Below are positions 21,370 through 31,023 of a stretch of 64,000 nt of DNA, in pieces. The stretch is from an uncultured Spirochaetota bacterium (GTDB taxonomy: Bacteria > Spirochaetota > Brevinematia > Brevinematales > JAOACQ01): the NCBI GenBank assembly GCA_963783575.1, contig CAWAOD010000014.1:256001-320000 (forward strand), given 5' to 3'. The position numbers were made by a program, and so were the translations under genes. The notes beneath the pieces were generated by a model that saw nothing but the letters and a program-made list of their open reading frames with translations, ran no database searches and was not told the origin of the DNA. Positions within the stretch are counted from its first letter, which is position 1; the number at the start of each line of letters is the position of its first letter.

Positions 21370-22459
21370 TTAAATATCCTTGAATTAAAATATCCCCTCC
21401 TATATTTTCGACAGATACATCCCTTATTCTAAAAGCATCTGAAATATTTATATCAATATTTCCGTTAAAAAGAGGGATACCTTTCCCGCCAAGGATTATT
21501 GGAGCAATAAAAATAATCATTTTATCTATAATTTTTTCATGATATGCGTTATAAAATATTTTACTGCCGCCTTCTATTAATAAAGATTCAATAAACAATT
21601 GTTTTCCTAGATAATCCACAACTTCTTTTAATGAAATTTTTCCATCATTAAGACTGAACTTAGCATATTTTTTATTATTCTTGATACATAAATCTATGAA
21701 TTTATTTTCGATGTTGTTATTAACAATGAATAAGCTTTGTAAATTATCAGACATTACCAGAGATTCTACAGGTGTTTTTCCAAAAGGATCAATTATTATT
21801 CTAAGTGGATCTTTTATTCTATTTATAGTTCTGACATTTAATTTTGGATTGTCTTGTAAAATAGTACCAACACCTACTAAAACAGAATCAACTTTATTTC
21901 TTAGTTGATGTACCCATAATCTGCTCTCTTCAGAACTGATCCATTTAGAATCTCCATTGATACTTGCAATGTTACCGTCAAGGGTCATTGCACATTTTGC
22001 ATAAATAAATGGGGTTCCTGTCTTTATAAATTTAAAGAAATCCTCATTTAGAATTTCAACATCTTTTGTAAAATCAGATAAAATTCTGACTTTTATTCCA
22101 TTTTTCTTAAGTAGTTTTATTCCATTTCCATTTATTTTCGGATTAGGATCTTTAATACCTATAAATATTTCTTTAATTCCAGACTCAATAATTTTTTTTG
22201 TACATGATTGGGTTTTTTTACCTATAAATTCTACACAGGGTTCTAATGTTACATACATTACAGCACCTTTTGCCCTGCTGCCTGCTTCTTTTAAAGCAAT
22301 AATTTCTGCATGATCAAAACCAAATTTTTTTGTAGCACCTTTGCCCACAACTTCATTATTTTTGACAATTATACAACCAACAGCAGGATTTGGAGAAGTA
22401 TATCCTTTAACCGATTCGGCCAGTGTAATAGCTTCAAAAAAATATTTTTTGTTTTTCAT
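21350..22459 (-). CDS. ribD: Riboflavin biosynthesis deaminase/reductase RibD
   Basis: TSPNPAVGC, HAEIIAL, YVTLEPC, KDPNP, AMTLDGNIA, SKWISSEESR, LLIEGGS. Confidence 0.95.
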   Translation of the reverse strand: MKNKKYFFEAITLAESVKGYTSPNPAVGCIIVKNNEVVGKGATKKFGFDHAEIIALKEAGSRAKGAVMYVTLEPCVEFIGKKTQSCTKKIIESGIKEIFIGIKDPNPKINGNGIKLLKKNGIKVRILSDFTKDVEILNEDFFKFIKTGTPFIYAKCAMTLDGNIASINGDSKWISSEESRLWVHQLRNKVDSVLVGVGTILQDNPKLNVRTINRIKDPLRIIIDPFGKTPVESLVMSDNLQSLFIVNNNIENKFIDLCIKNNKKYAKFSLNDGKISLKEVVDYLGKQLFIESLLIEGGSKIFYNAYHEKIIDKMIIFIAPIILGGKGIPLFNGNIDINISDAFRIRDVSVENIGGDILIQGYLNGRSES

Positions 22460-22619
22460 AAATTCTCCTTAAAATTATGCCGATTAACAAAGCACATACT
22501 GTGCATTAATGTGCAAAACTATTATTTTTATAAATTTTTTATTATTTGTTTAAATTATAAAGAGTTATTGGATTTATTTCAAAATTAAATACAGGGTTGA
22601 TTTTTATTGATTAATAAGT

Positions 22620-22635
22620 TCATTACTAGTAATGA
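22620..22635. promoter_or_regulatory. Perfect 16-bp palindrome in the ribD-dnaA divergent intergenic region
   Basis: TCATTACTAGTAATGA is its own reverse complement. Confidence 0.4.
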
Positions 22636-22834
22636 GTTAAATATTAAGTTTTATCCTTTATTGACGCATGATTCAAGATTTAAAATTAAAAAAATGAATG
22701 TGCAGAAATCAAACAATACTATTTTTCTATGCGATAATGATATGTATTTTTGTTGAATTTATGATAGTGATTGATATATAATATTTCTCAATAAAGTATT
22801 AATATAAATTAAAATATTGGGAGGGGAGTCTTTT

Positions 22835-24178
22835 ATGGAAATATGGGATAAGATTTATCAGGAATTGACAAAGAACTTCGATTCATCTCTTAACACTGCA
22901 ATACTTGATAAAATCAGGTTTAAAGAAGTTCAAAATAATGATTCTATTGTATTAATTGCCCCTGATCCTTTAACCTCAGGATGGTTTAGCGATAATTATC
23001 TGGATTTAGCTAAAACAGCCTGTAAAAGTATTTTTAATAAAGAATATAAATTTATAGTTGAAGTTGCTTACAGTGATAAATCATATCAATCGGTTATAAT
23101 TAAAAACCCCAAAAAAATGGATAAAATTTCATTAGCACAATTGAATCCAAAATATACTTTTGAACGTTTTATTGTAGGTCCAAATAATGATTTTGCCCAT
23201 GCAGCCGCGGAACAGGTCGCCGCTAACCCGGCAAAATCTTATAATCCTTTGTTCATTTATGGCAATGCGGCACTTGGAAAAACCCATCTTTTACAGGCAA
23301 CCGCACATAAAATTATTGACACAAAACCGGAATTGAATGTTCATTATACAACCAGTGAAAATTTTACAAATGCTTTTGTGGAAGCAATAAGAAATGCTGA
23401 TACAAATAAATTCAGGAAGAAATATAGAAGTTTTGATGTTCTTCTTGTTGATGATATTCAATTTTTTCAGCAAAAAGAAAGCACACTGGAGGAATTATTC
23501 CACACTTTTAATGAATTGTTCCACGATAGAAAACAGCTTGTGTTTGCTTGTGACAGACCTGCTAAAAGCCTTTCTGCAATAGAAGACAGGTTAAGAACCC
23601 GGTTTGATTCCGGACTCAGTGTAAAAATAGAACCGCCGAATTATGAGATCAGAAAGGCGATCCTATTATCACGAACTGCTGAAGAGAAGACATATATTCC
23701 TGAAGATGTTATAGATTATATTGCTCAGAATATTGATAGCGATATCCGTCTTCTTGAAGGGTCACTAACAAAAATAATCGCTTATTCAAGTTTAAAAAAG
23801 AAAGATGTATCTCTGGATCTGGCTAAAGAAATTTTACGTGATAAAATTAAAGTGGAGGTACCAAAGAATATTACAATTACTGAAATTCAAAGGGTTGTTT
23901 CAAAGTATTTCAATATAACCGTTAATGATCTGAAGTCGGAAAGAAGGCTTGAAAATATAACTTATGCAAGGCATATGGCTATGTACCTTGCCAAAGAATA
24001 TACAAATCATTCATTAACAGAAATTGGTACTCTCTTTGGCGGAAAAGCTCATACAACTGTTATGCGTTCAGCTGATAAGATTTACAACTTAATAAAAAAT
24101 AGGAAAAAAACAAAGAAAGAAATAGAAGATATTATTTCAGAATTTTATAATACAAAAAAAGAGAATATTATATCATAA
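22835..24178 (+). CDS. dnaA: Chromosomal replication initiator DnaA
   Basis: LNPKYTFERFIVGPNN, YNPLFIYGNAALGKTHLL, LLVDDIQF, EELFHTFNEL, ARHMAMYL, IGTLFGGKAHTTVM; ATG 22835 follows GGAGGGGAG. Confidence 0.97.
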   Translation: MEIWDKIYQELTKNFDSSLNTAILDKIRFKEVQNNDSIVLIAPDPLTSGWFSDNYLDLAKTACKSIFNKEYKFIVEVAYSDKSYQSVIIKNPKKMDKISLAQLNPKYTFERFIVGPNNDFAHAAAEQVAANPAKSYNPLFIYGNAALGKTHLLQATAHKIIDTKPELNVHYTTSENFTNAFVEAIRNADTNKFRKKYRSFDVLLVDDIQFFQQKESTLEELFHTFNELFHDRKQLVFACDRPAKSLSAIEDRLRTRFDSGLSVKIEPPNYEIRKAILLSRTAEEKTYIPEDVIDYIAQNIDSDIRLLEGSLTKIIAYSSLKKKDVSLDLAKEILRDKIKVEVPKNITITEIQRVVSKYFNITVNDLKSERRLENITYARHMAMYLAKEYTNHSLTEIGTLFGGKAHTTVMRSADKIYNLIKNRKKTKKEIEDIISEFYNTKKENIIS

Positions 24179-24240
24179 GATTTCAAATTTGAATATAATG
24201 AATATATCAATGTTGATAAATAAATATGTATTTATTGATT

Positions 24241-24269
24241 TTGACTTAATAATAAAAATGTATTATAAT
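24241..24269 (+). promoter_or_regulatory. Sigma70 promoter of rpmE
   Basis: TTGACT-N17-TATAAT. Confidence 0.7.
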
Positions 24270-24298
24270 ATTAATAACAAAATTATGAGGGAGATATA

Positions 24299-24499
24299 AT
24301 GAGAGAGAAAATTCACCCAAAACTTTATGATACAAAGGTTAAATGTACTTGCGGAAATGAATTCACTATCCGGACAGCAGTTCCGGAAATCTCAGTTGAA
24401 ATATGTTCAAAATGCCATCCCGCTTATACCGGTCAAAGGAGAATAGCAGAAAGAGGCGGTATGGTTGACAGATTCAAGAAAAGATATAATATCAAATAG
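24299..24499 (+). CDS. rpmE: 50S ribosomal protein L31 (zinc-binding type)
   Basis: KIHP..CTCGN..VEICSKCHPAYTG..GGMVDRFKKRY. Confidence 0.97.
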   Translation: MREKIHPKLYDTKVKCTCGNEFTIRTAVPEISVEICSKCHPAYTGQRRIAERGGMVDRFKKRYNIK

Positions 24500-24516
24500 A
24501 TTCAGAATTATAGCTT

Positions 24517-25731
24517 ATGCAATCGCATATTTCTCAAGCATTATCTGTAAGTGCCGTTGCTAAGTTTATTTATTCTATCATTTCACAAAACATTTCAAAT
24601 ATCTGGGTACGAGGTGAAATAAGTAATTTTAAAATTCAGCAGAATGGTAATGCTTATTTCACTATTAAAGATACTGATTCTAAAATTAATGTAATAATAA
24701 TGTCTAATTCAAATGCAAGGAAAGTTATAGTCGATTTAAAAAATGGAATGGAAATTCTTATTTATGGTAAACTTTCATATTATAAAAAAGAAGGATATTT
24801 AACCTTTTTTGTTGAGGAAATAGAGTTTATCGGTGAGGGCTTATTAAAACAAAAATTCGATGAACTCAAAAATAAATTAGAAGCAGAAGGTCTTTTTTCA
24901 ATTGAACATAAAAGAAGAATTCCTGAATATCCTCAATGGGTTGGTGTAGTAACATCTCCAACAGGAGCCGCAATTCAGGATATACTTAATATTACTAATA
25001 GAAGATTTGGAAACATTAATTTAATTGTATTTCCTTCTGCTGTACAGGGCGAAAATGCTTCAAAGGAGATCGCAGATGCAATTTGGGTTGCTAATAAATT
25101 TGCCTCACATTATATTGATGTTTTAATAGTAGGAAGGGGTGGGGGATCTCTTGAAGATCTTTGGTGTTTTAATGAAGAGACTGTTGCCAGAGCGATTTAC
25201 TCTTCGAAAATACCAGTTATCTCAGCAATTGGGCATGAGATAGATTACACAATTGCAGATTATGTTGCTGATATGCGGGCACCGACTCCTTCAGCAGCCG
25301 CAGAATTAGTTGTAAAAGATAAAAAGCAGATTATTAATTATATTGAAAATTTATCAACAAGAATAGATACTATAATTAACAACAATATAGAAAATTTAAA
25401 GAAAAATATAGAATATTTGAGAAAAGAAAACTTGAAAAGGTTGGTTGTATCAATTTACGCAGAATATTCTATGACATATAACAATCTTAAAATTCGATTT
25501 TTAAATTTATTTGAAAATTATGTTAAAAAAATTAATACTTTAATAATTCTTCAAAAGGAAAAGCTCAAAACTTTGAATCCTAACAATATTCTAAAACGGG
25601 GCTATTCAATCACGTACAAAATTCTTTCCGATGGTTCAAAAATCAATATTTTAACTCTACATGCTGTCACTAAAGGAGATGTAATAAAAACGGTTATTAT
25701 GGATGGTAATTTTCAGTCTGTAGTAAAATAA
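24517..25731 (+). CDS. xseA: Exodeoxyribonuclease VII large subunit
   Basis: WVRGEISNF, VVTSPTGAAIQDI, VGRGGGSLEDLWCFNEE, SAIGHEIDYTIADYVADMRAPTPSAAAE. Confidence 0.96.
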   Translation: MQSHISQALSVSAVAKFIYSIISQNISNIWVRGEISNFKIQQNGNAYFTIKDTDSKINVIIMSNSNARKVIVDLKNGMEILIYGKLSYYKKEGYLTFFVEEIEFIGEGLLKQKFDELKNKLEAEGLFSIEHKRRIPEYPQWVGVVTSPTGAAIQDILNITNRRFGNINLIVFPSAVQGENASKEIADAIWVANKFASHYIDVLIVGRGGGSLEDLWCFNEETVARAIYSSKIPVISAIGHEIDYTIADYVADMRAPTPSAAAELVVKDKKQIINYIENLSTRIDTIINNNIENLKKNIEYLRKENLKRLVVSIYAEYSMTYNNLKIRFLNLFENYVKKINTLIILQKEKLKTLNPNNILKRGYSITYKILSDGSKINILTLHAVTKGDVIKTVIMDGNFQSVVK

Positions 25732-25751
25732 TACAAGAATACTGTTTCTTA

Positions 25752-26070
25752 TTATTTTAAGCTGCTTTTTAGACGGTAATCACTTATATCAAAAGAGATT
25801 AATATTGGGTTTTGTCCTTCTCTTTCAAGATATATAGCGCCATAAATAAATAATTGTGCATTGTATTTTTTACCTTGATATGTAAAATCGAAATTATGAG
25901 AATGTATCTCTGGAAACACTTATATTTGTTATATCATAATATGCAATATTTAATGTATTATAAATAAAACCCTTGAAAGGGAATGCAGTATCGGTGATTT
26001 CAACACTGTAAGCAATTGAAAAAGAAGCTGTTAAAATAAAAAATATCAGTAAAGTTCTCCATAACCTCAT
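25752..26070 (-). pseudogene. Small putative secreted protein (~105 aa) with a 1-nt frameshift; absent from the ORF track
   Basis: GGAGGA RBS; MRLWRTLLIFFILTASFSIAYS signal-like start; removing one base at 25914-25916 continues into PEIHSHNFDFTYQGKKYNAQLFIYGAIYLEREGQNP..SSLK*. Confidence 0.55.
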
Positions 26071-26412
26071 AAAATCCTCCTTTAAAACAAATTTATATCA
26101 CCCATAAATTAGTCACTACCTTTATATAATTATCATAATTTGATTTTATTATACTGTCAATTATTATGGTTAATTAAATACTGAAATTTTTATCATTTTA
26201 ATTTTAAAGAAAATATTATATTTATAGAGTTTTATAAGTTTTCATCATAAATAAAATATTGCATTTTTAGTATTTCATCATTAAAATATTATGCCTTATT
26301 AAACGATATATATGTAAGCAAATATAATTAAATAAACGATTTAATTGTATTGTTCTATAAATTATTTTGTGAAAAATAAAATTTATAATAATTTTTTGAG
26401 GTTTAAATATAG

Positions 26413-28100
26413 ATGAAATATCAGGTAACCGCCAGAAAATGGAGACCACAATCTTTCCGGGAAATTATTGGTCAGGAGAGTCTTGTTCTAACTATAAAAA
26501 ATGCAATTTCTACAAATAGGGTTCCGCATGCTTTTCTATTTTCTGGCGTTAGAGGAGTAGGTAAAACTACTACTGCCAGGATTATAGCAAAAATATTAAA
26601 TTGTCAAAACCCGTTAAATTATGAACCTTGTAATATCTGTTCTAATTGTAACGAAATCACAAACGGTAGCTCTCTTGATGTAATAGAAATAGATGGTGCA
26701 TCAAATAGAGGAATAGACAATATCAGACAAATCAAAGATAATATATCGTATCTTCCACTTTCTGGGAAATACAAAGTCTATATAATTGATGAAGTTCATA
26801 TGCTTACAAATGAAGCATCTAATGCCTTATTAAAAACTCTTGAAGAACCTCCGGAACATGTTGTATTTATTCTTGCGACAACCGAATCTCATAAGGTGAT
26901 TGCTACAATAAAATCAAGATGCCAGCATTATATATTCAAGAAAATTCCAGTAAAAATAATAATGACTCAGCTAAAAAATATTTGTGAAGCTGAAAAAATT
27001 TCCTACTCAGATGAAGGATTATATCTTATTGCTAATGCTGCAGAAGGATCTCTTAGGGATGCTGAAAGTATTTTTGACCAGGTTGTAATCTATTCAAGCG
27101 GTAATGTAAATGAGGAAAATGTTTCACATTTGTTAGGTACACCAGATTCAAACTATTATATTAAACTATTTCAATCGATTCATAACAGGGACACAATTCT
27201 TTTACTGAGAACTGTTGACGATTATATCAATCAAATAGGTGATATTAAAATATTTATAAAGGGGTTTTTGAGTTTTTTAAAAAATGGTTTGTTAATTAAA
27301 AAATTAAGTTTTAATGATGAATTACTTGATATTACAGAAACTAAATATAATGAATACTTTAAATTATTTGAACCTTTCTTGGAAAATGATATTATTAAAA
27401 TTATGGATTTATTATCTTCTGTTTTCAAAGAATTAAAAGGTGATATTAATGAAAGATTTCTACTGGAGATGACTTTATTCAAAGTAATGGATTATAAAAA
27501 TATTATACCTTTATCAGAATTGCGCGATGAAATAATAACTATTACCGGAAAAAGGGAAATACCGGGGTCAATATGCCTAGACCTGCTTCTGTTAAGTTGA
27601 AGAATATAACGGATAATATTCAAAAAAACGATGAAAAAAGGGTTAAATCAGAAGAAATTATTGTTACAAAACAAGGGTCTTTTGAAATTGAATTTAAAAA
27701 TGCATTATTACAGGTTTTATCAAATAGTATGATAATGAAATCAATGATATCTTCAATAAAAAATATCAATTTTAATAATAACAAAATGATTGTTGAATTA
27801 TCATCTGCTCATACAAGCGAATACTTAACAAATAACAGTAAGGATATTTCTAATGAAATTAATTCTATAACCAAGAAAAATATTGATATATTATTTGTAC
27901 ATAATTCAATTGCAGTTGCTGCCGTGTCACAGAAACCTGGATATTTAGAAGACACAATTTTAAGGCAGGATACTAAATCAAAAGAAAATATCAATAAAGA
28001 TAATAATTATAAGAATAATTCTTCAAAGAAAGAAGATGATACTTTACCTGATCTGGTAAATAATATATCAGATTTATTTAACGGTAAAATTGAAAAATAA
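26413..28100 (+). CDS. dnaX: DNA polymerase III subunit gamma/tau; C-terminal part in the -1 frame (shift near 27549-27567)
   Basis: ARKWRPQSF.EIIGQ, SGVRGVGKTT, EIDGASNRG, IIDEVHML, LLKTLEEPP, SRCQ; ORF 27573-28100 ends LFNGKIEK like tau C-termini and is followed by ebfC-recR. Confidence 0.93.
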
Positions 28101-28115
28101 TTTGGAGGACAATTT

Positions 28116-28418
28116 ATGGGACTAATGGATAATGCTAAAAATATGGCAAAATTAAAAAAAATGGCCGATGATGCAAAAAAAGTAATGTCGGATATTAAAG
28201 CAACCGGTGTTTCGAAAAAAGGTTATGTAAAATTATCTTTGGATGGTGAGAAAAATCTTAAAAATATTGAGTTTTCAGATGAGGCATTAAAAATTACATC
28301 AGATGAATTGGCAAAATGTACAAAAGAAGCCCATAAAGCCGCTGCTAAAGAAGTAGATAAAATGGTAAAAAAACAAATGAAAAATAGTGGTCTTAATGAT
28401 TTATTAATGGGAAAATAA
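28116..28418 (+). CDS. ebfC: YbaB/EbfC nucleoid-associated protein
   Basis: 100 aa, G.SKKGYVKLSLDG fold pattern, between dnaX and recR. Confidence 0.8.
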   Translation: MGLMDNAKNMAKLKKMADDAKKVMSDIKATGVSKKGYVKLSLDGEKNLKNIEFSDEALKITSDELAKCTKEAHKAAAKEVDKMVKKQMKNSGLNDLLMGK

Positions 28419-29012
28419 ATGATCCCCACATATCTCAATAATTTTATAAAAATATTTTCAAAGCTTCCGGGAATTGGATATAAAACATCTGAAAGGCTTG
28501 GATTTTATATACTACAGCAGCCGGAAAGTTTTTCAAATATGCTTGTTGATTCGATATTAAATTTAAAAAAAAACACTATGATTTGTTCCATATGCGGAAA
28601 TATTGATGATTCAGATCCTTGCCATATCTGTAATGATCCTTTAAGGGACAGAAAAATTATCTGTGTTGTTGAAACTGCGCTGGATATCTTTTACATAGAA
28701 TCAACAAATAGTTTTAATGGATTATTTCATGTATTAGGAGGAGTAATATCACCGCTAAATGGAATCACACCGAAAGATTTAAATATTGAGAGCCTTCAAA
28801 ATAGAATTAAGGGTGTAGAAATTAACGAAATTATTTTTGCAACAAGTCCTACCACTGAAGGCGATACAACTGTTTTATATATTAAAGATATAATTCTTGG
28901 AAATTCAATAAAATTTACACATCTAGCCAGAGGCATTCCTGTGGGTACTGGACTGCAGTATGCCGGCAAAATAAGCATATCACAAGCCATTAAGGGTAGG
29001 GAAGAAATATAA
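28419..29012 (+). CDS. recR: Recombination mediator RecR
   Basis: LPGIGYKTSERL, CSICGN..PCHIC, ICVVE, FHVLGGVISPLNG, ATSPTTEGDTT, LARGIPVG. Confidence 0.96.
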   Translation: MIPTYLNNFIKIFSKLPGIGYKTSERLGFYILQQPESFSNMLVDSILNLKKNTMICSICGNIDDSDPCHICNDPLRDRKIICVVETALDIFYIESTNSFNGLFHVLGGVISPLNGITPKDLNIESLQNRIKGVEINEIIFATSPTTEGDTTVLYIKDIILGNSIKFTHLARGIPVGTGLQYAGKISISQAIKGREEI

Positions 29013-29061
29013 GTTTTTATCCCTTGTACTTCCATTTTATATAATTTTCTTATCAAATATT

Positions 29062-29090
29062 TTGACATAATTAATATTGTACATTAAAAT
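29062..29090 (+). promoter_or_regulatory. Sigma70 promoter of carD
   Basis: TTGACA-N17-TAAAAT. Confidence 0.65.
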
Positions 29091-29127
29091 AATAATGCCT
29101 TTTTCTTTATTTTTATAGGGGAAAAAT

Positions 29128-29616
29128 ATGTTTAAAATTAGCGAAAGAGTTTTTTATCCTTACCATGGTGCTGGAGAAATTCAGAATATTGAAGAAAAAG
29201 AGGTTCTTGGAGAAAAAAGAATTTACTATGTAATTAGGTTTCCTTTAACAGAAACAACAATCATGGTTCCTTCTGATAATACGGAAGAATTGGGACTTAG
29301 GAATATTGCCGATCAAAGAGAAATAAAAAAATGCCTTGAAATCATTTCAGCTTCAACAAGTGAAACGGATGAAGACTGGAAAGTCCGATATAAAAAACAT
29401 CAGGATATGTTGAAATCAGGCACAACAAAAGAAGTAAGCCTTGTTATAAAAAACCTATATGATAGAAATCAAATAAAGGAATTGTCATCAACTGAAAAAA
29501 AACTATATAATAACGCCATAAATATGCTTGTCAGTGAAATAGCGCTATGCATAGGTAAAAACCAGGAAGATGTTAAATCCGAAGTTTGCCGTCTATTAGA
29601 AAAAAATACAAAATAA
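29128..29616 (+). CDS. carD: CarD-family transcriptional regulator
   Basis: VFYPYHGAGEI..IEEKEVLG..YYV, IMVP..LGLR, WKVRYK. Confidence 0.92.
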   Translation: MFKISERVFYPYHGAGEIQNIEEKEVLGEKRIYYVIRFPLTETTIMVPSDNTEELGLRNIADQREIKKCLEIISASTSETDEDWKVRYKKHQDMLKSGTTKEVSLVIKNLYDRNQIKELSSTEKKLYNNAINMLVSEIALCIGKNQEDVKSEVCRLLEKNTK

Positions 29617-29734
29617 TACTCTAAATTGTTGAAGGGATAATTTAATATATCATATTATATTTACAACTTAACATAATATATCTTATAGGAAATAACGTTT
29701 CCAAGATAATCTTAACTTTGAATATTCAAACTCA

Positions 29735-30349
29735 TTATTTTATTTCAAGCAAATTTTTGATATCTTTAAAAGTATATTCTTTGGCATTGATTCCCATCTG
29801 ACAAAATTGTAAGCAGTCATATACAATAAGACTAAAATGATTAAAATAATCATTTTCGATTAAATGACCTTTGTAAATATCATCCATTAATTTTATCCCA
29901 TCCCCACCATTTTTAATTGTATAATACATAACACCATAGATTGGCAGAATGGATGCGAATTCATCATTTATCCAGATTCGATTCGGTATATATATCATAA
30001 TCTCAGAAATGTCCTTGTTTTTATTTCCAATATTGAATAAATCAGATAGAAAAGATTTACTGTCGGATTTGACTTTTCTATACTGGTAATCAAGGCCGAG
30101 ACTTTTTATTCGCTCCAATAAATTCAGGACACATTTTTCTCTTTTTGATTCATTGATATTTAATAGGGAATTTTTAACCTCAACCAGTAAGTCGTGGCTT
30201 CCGATTAATTTATTCAAAATCTCTTTACTTTCCTTACGATTTCTCTGTTCAGTATTCTTATTATGATATGATAAAAAGTATTTTACCATATCCAGACTTT
30301 CTTTTGATTTGTTCTCACGGATTACTATTTTCATAACTATTTTCTCCAT
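29735..30349 (-). CDS. Hypothetical protein
   Basis: 204-aa ORF co-oriented with tmk; no recognised motif. Confidence 0.7.
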   Translation of the reverse strand: MEKIVMKIVIRENKSKESLDMVKYFLSYHNKNTEQRNRKESKEILNKLIGSHDLLVEVKNSLLNINESKREKCVLNLLERIKSLGLDYQYRKVKSDSKSFLSDLFNIGNKNKDISEIMIYIPNRIWINDEFASILPIYGVMYYTIKNGGDGIKLMDDIYKGHLIENDYFNHFSLIVYDCLQFCQMGINAKEYTFKDIKNLLEIK

Positions 30350-30363
30350 AATAGGTTATAAGA

Positions 30364-30993
30364 TTATTTTAAATATTTCCTCAGAAGATTATTCTTAAGT
30401 ACAAAAATAATTTCTTCTTTGATAATTTCTTTAGATTTGGTTCCATCAATAATATAAATCATATCTTCTGTTTCTTTCATTTTTAAATAAGACTCTCTGA
30501 TCATATTATGAAATTCAAGATTCTCCTTTTCAATTCTGTCAAGCTCTAGATTTCCAGTTGTTTTCCTTCTAAAACCTATTTCAACGGGGACATCGATTAA
30601 AAATGTTATATCTGGCCTGATACCGTTTATCGCTAATTCATTAGCCATTTTTATATCTTTCAATCCAACATTTCTACCTGCAGCCTGATATGCATATGTT
30701 GAATGATAATATCTGTCACATATTAATATAGCCCCCTTTTCCAAAGCCGGTTTGATGAGTTCATTTGCATGCTGGCTTCTATCGGCAAGAAACAGGAATA
30801 ATTCAGCAATAGGAAATACTGAAGAAGAATTTAATAATAATTTCCTGATATTTATTCCGAGTTCTGTACCTCCCGGTTCTCTTGTCAATATTACATCAAT
30901 ATTGGAATTTTTAAGAAATTGAAAAAGTAAATTGGATTGTGTTGATTTACCGCATCCCTCTATTCCTTCAAAAGTAATAAAAACCCCTTTCAT
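30364..30993 (-). CDS. tmk: Thymidylate kinase
   Basis: FITFEGIEGCGKSTQ, TREPGGT, ELFLFLADRSQH, CDRYYHSTYAYQ, DRIEKE. Confidence 0.96.
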   Translation of the reverse strand: MKGVFITFEGIEGCGKSTQSNLLFQFLKNSNIDVILTREPGGTELGINIRKLLLNSSSVFPIAELFLFLADRSQHANELIKPALEKGAILICDRYYHSTYAYQAAGRNVGLKDIKMANELAINGIRPDITFLIDVPVEIGFRRKTTGNLELDRIEKENLEFHNMIRESYLKMKETEDMIYIIDGTKSKEIIKEEIIFVLKNNLLRKYLK

Positions 30994-31023
30994 TAATACT
31001 CCCTGATTGTTATAAAATAAATA

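Noticed and set aside
22460..22816. FMN riboswitch upstream of ribD
   Set aside because: Conserved RFN sequence blocks are not visible on the minus strand; the region is very AT-rich
26071..26412. SRP RNA or tRNA in the long gap upstream of dnaX
   Set aside because: Extremely AT-rich with no GC-rich stem or SRP/tRNA motif; one TGTGAAAAA box alone is not evidence of oriC
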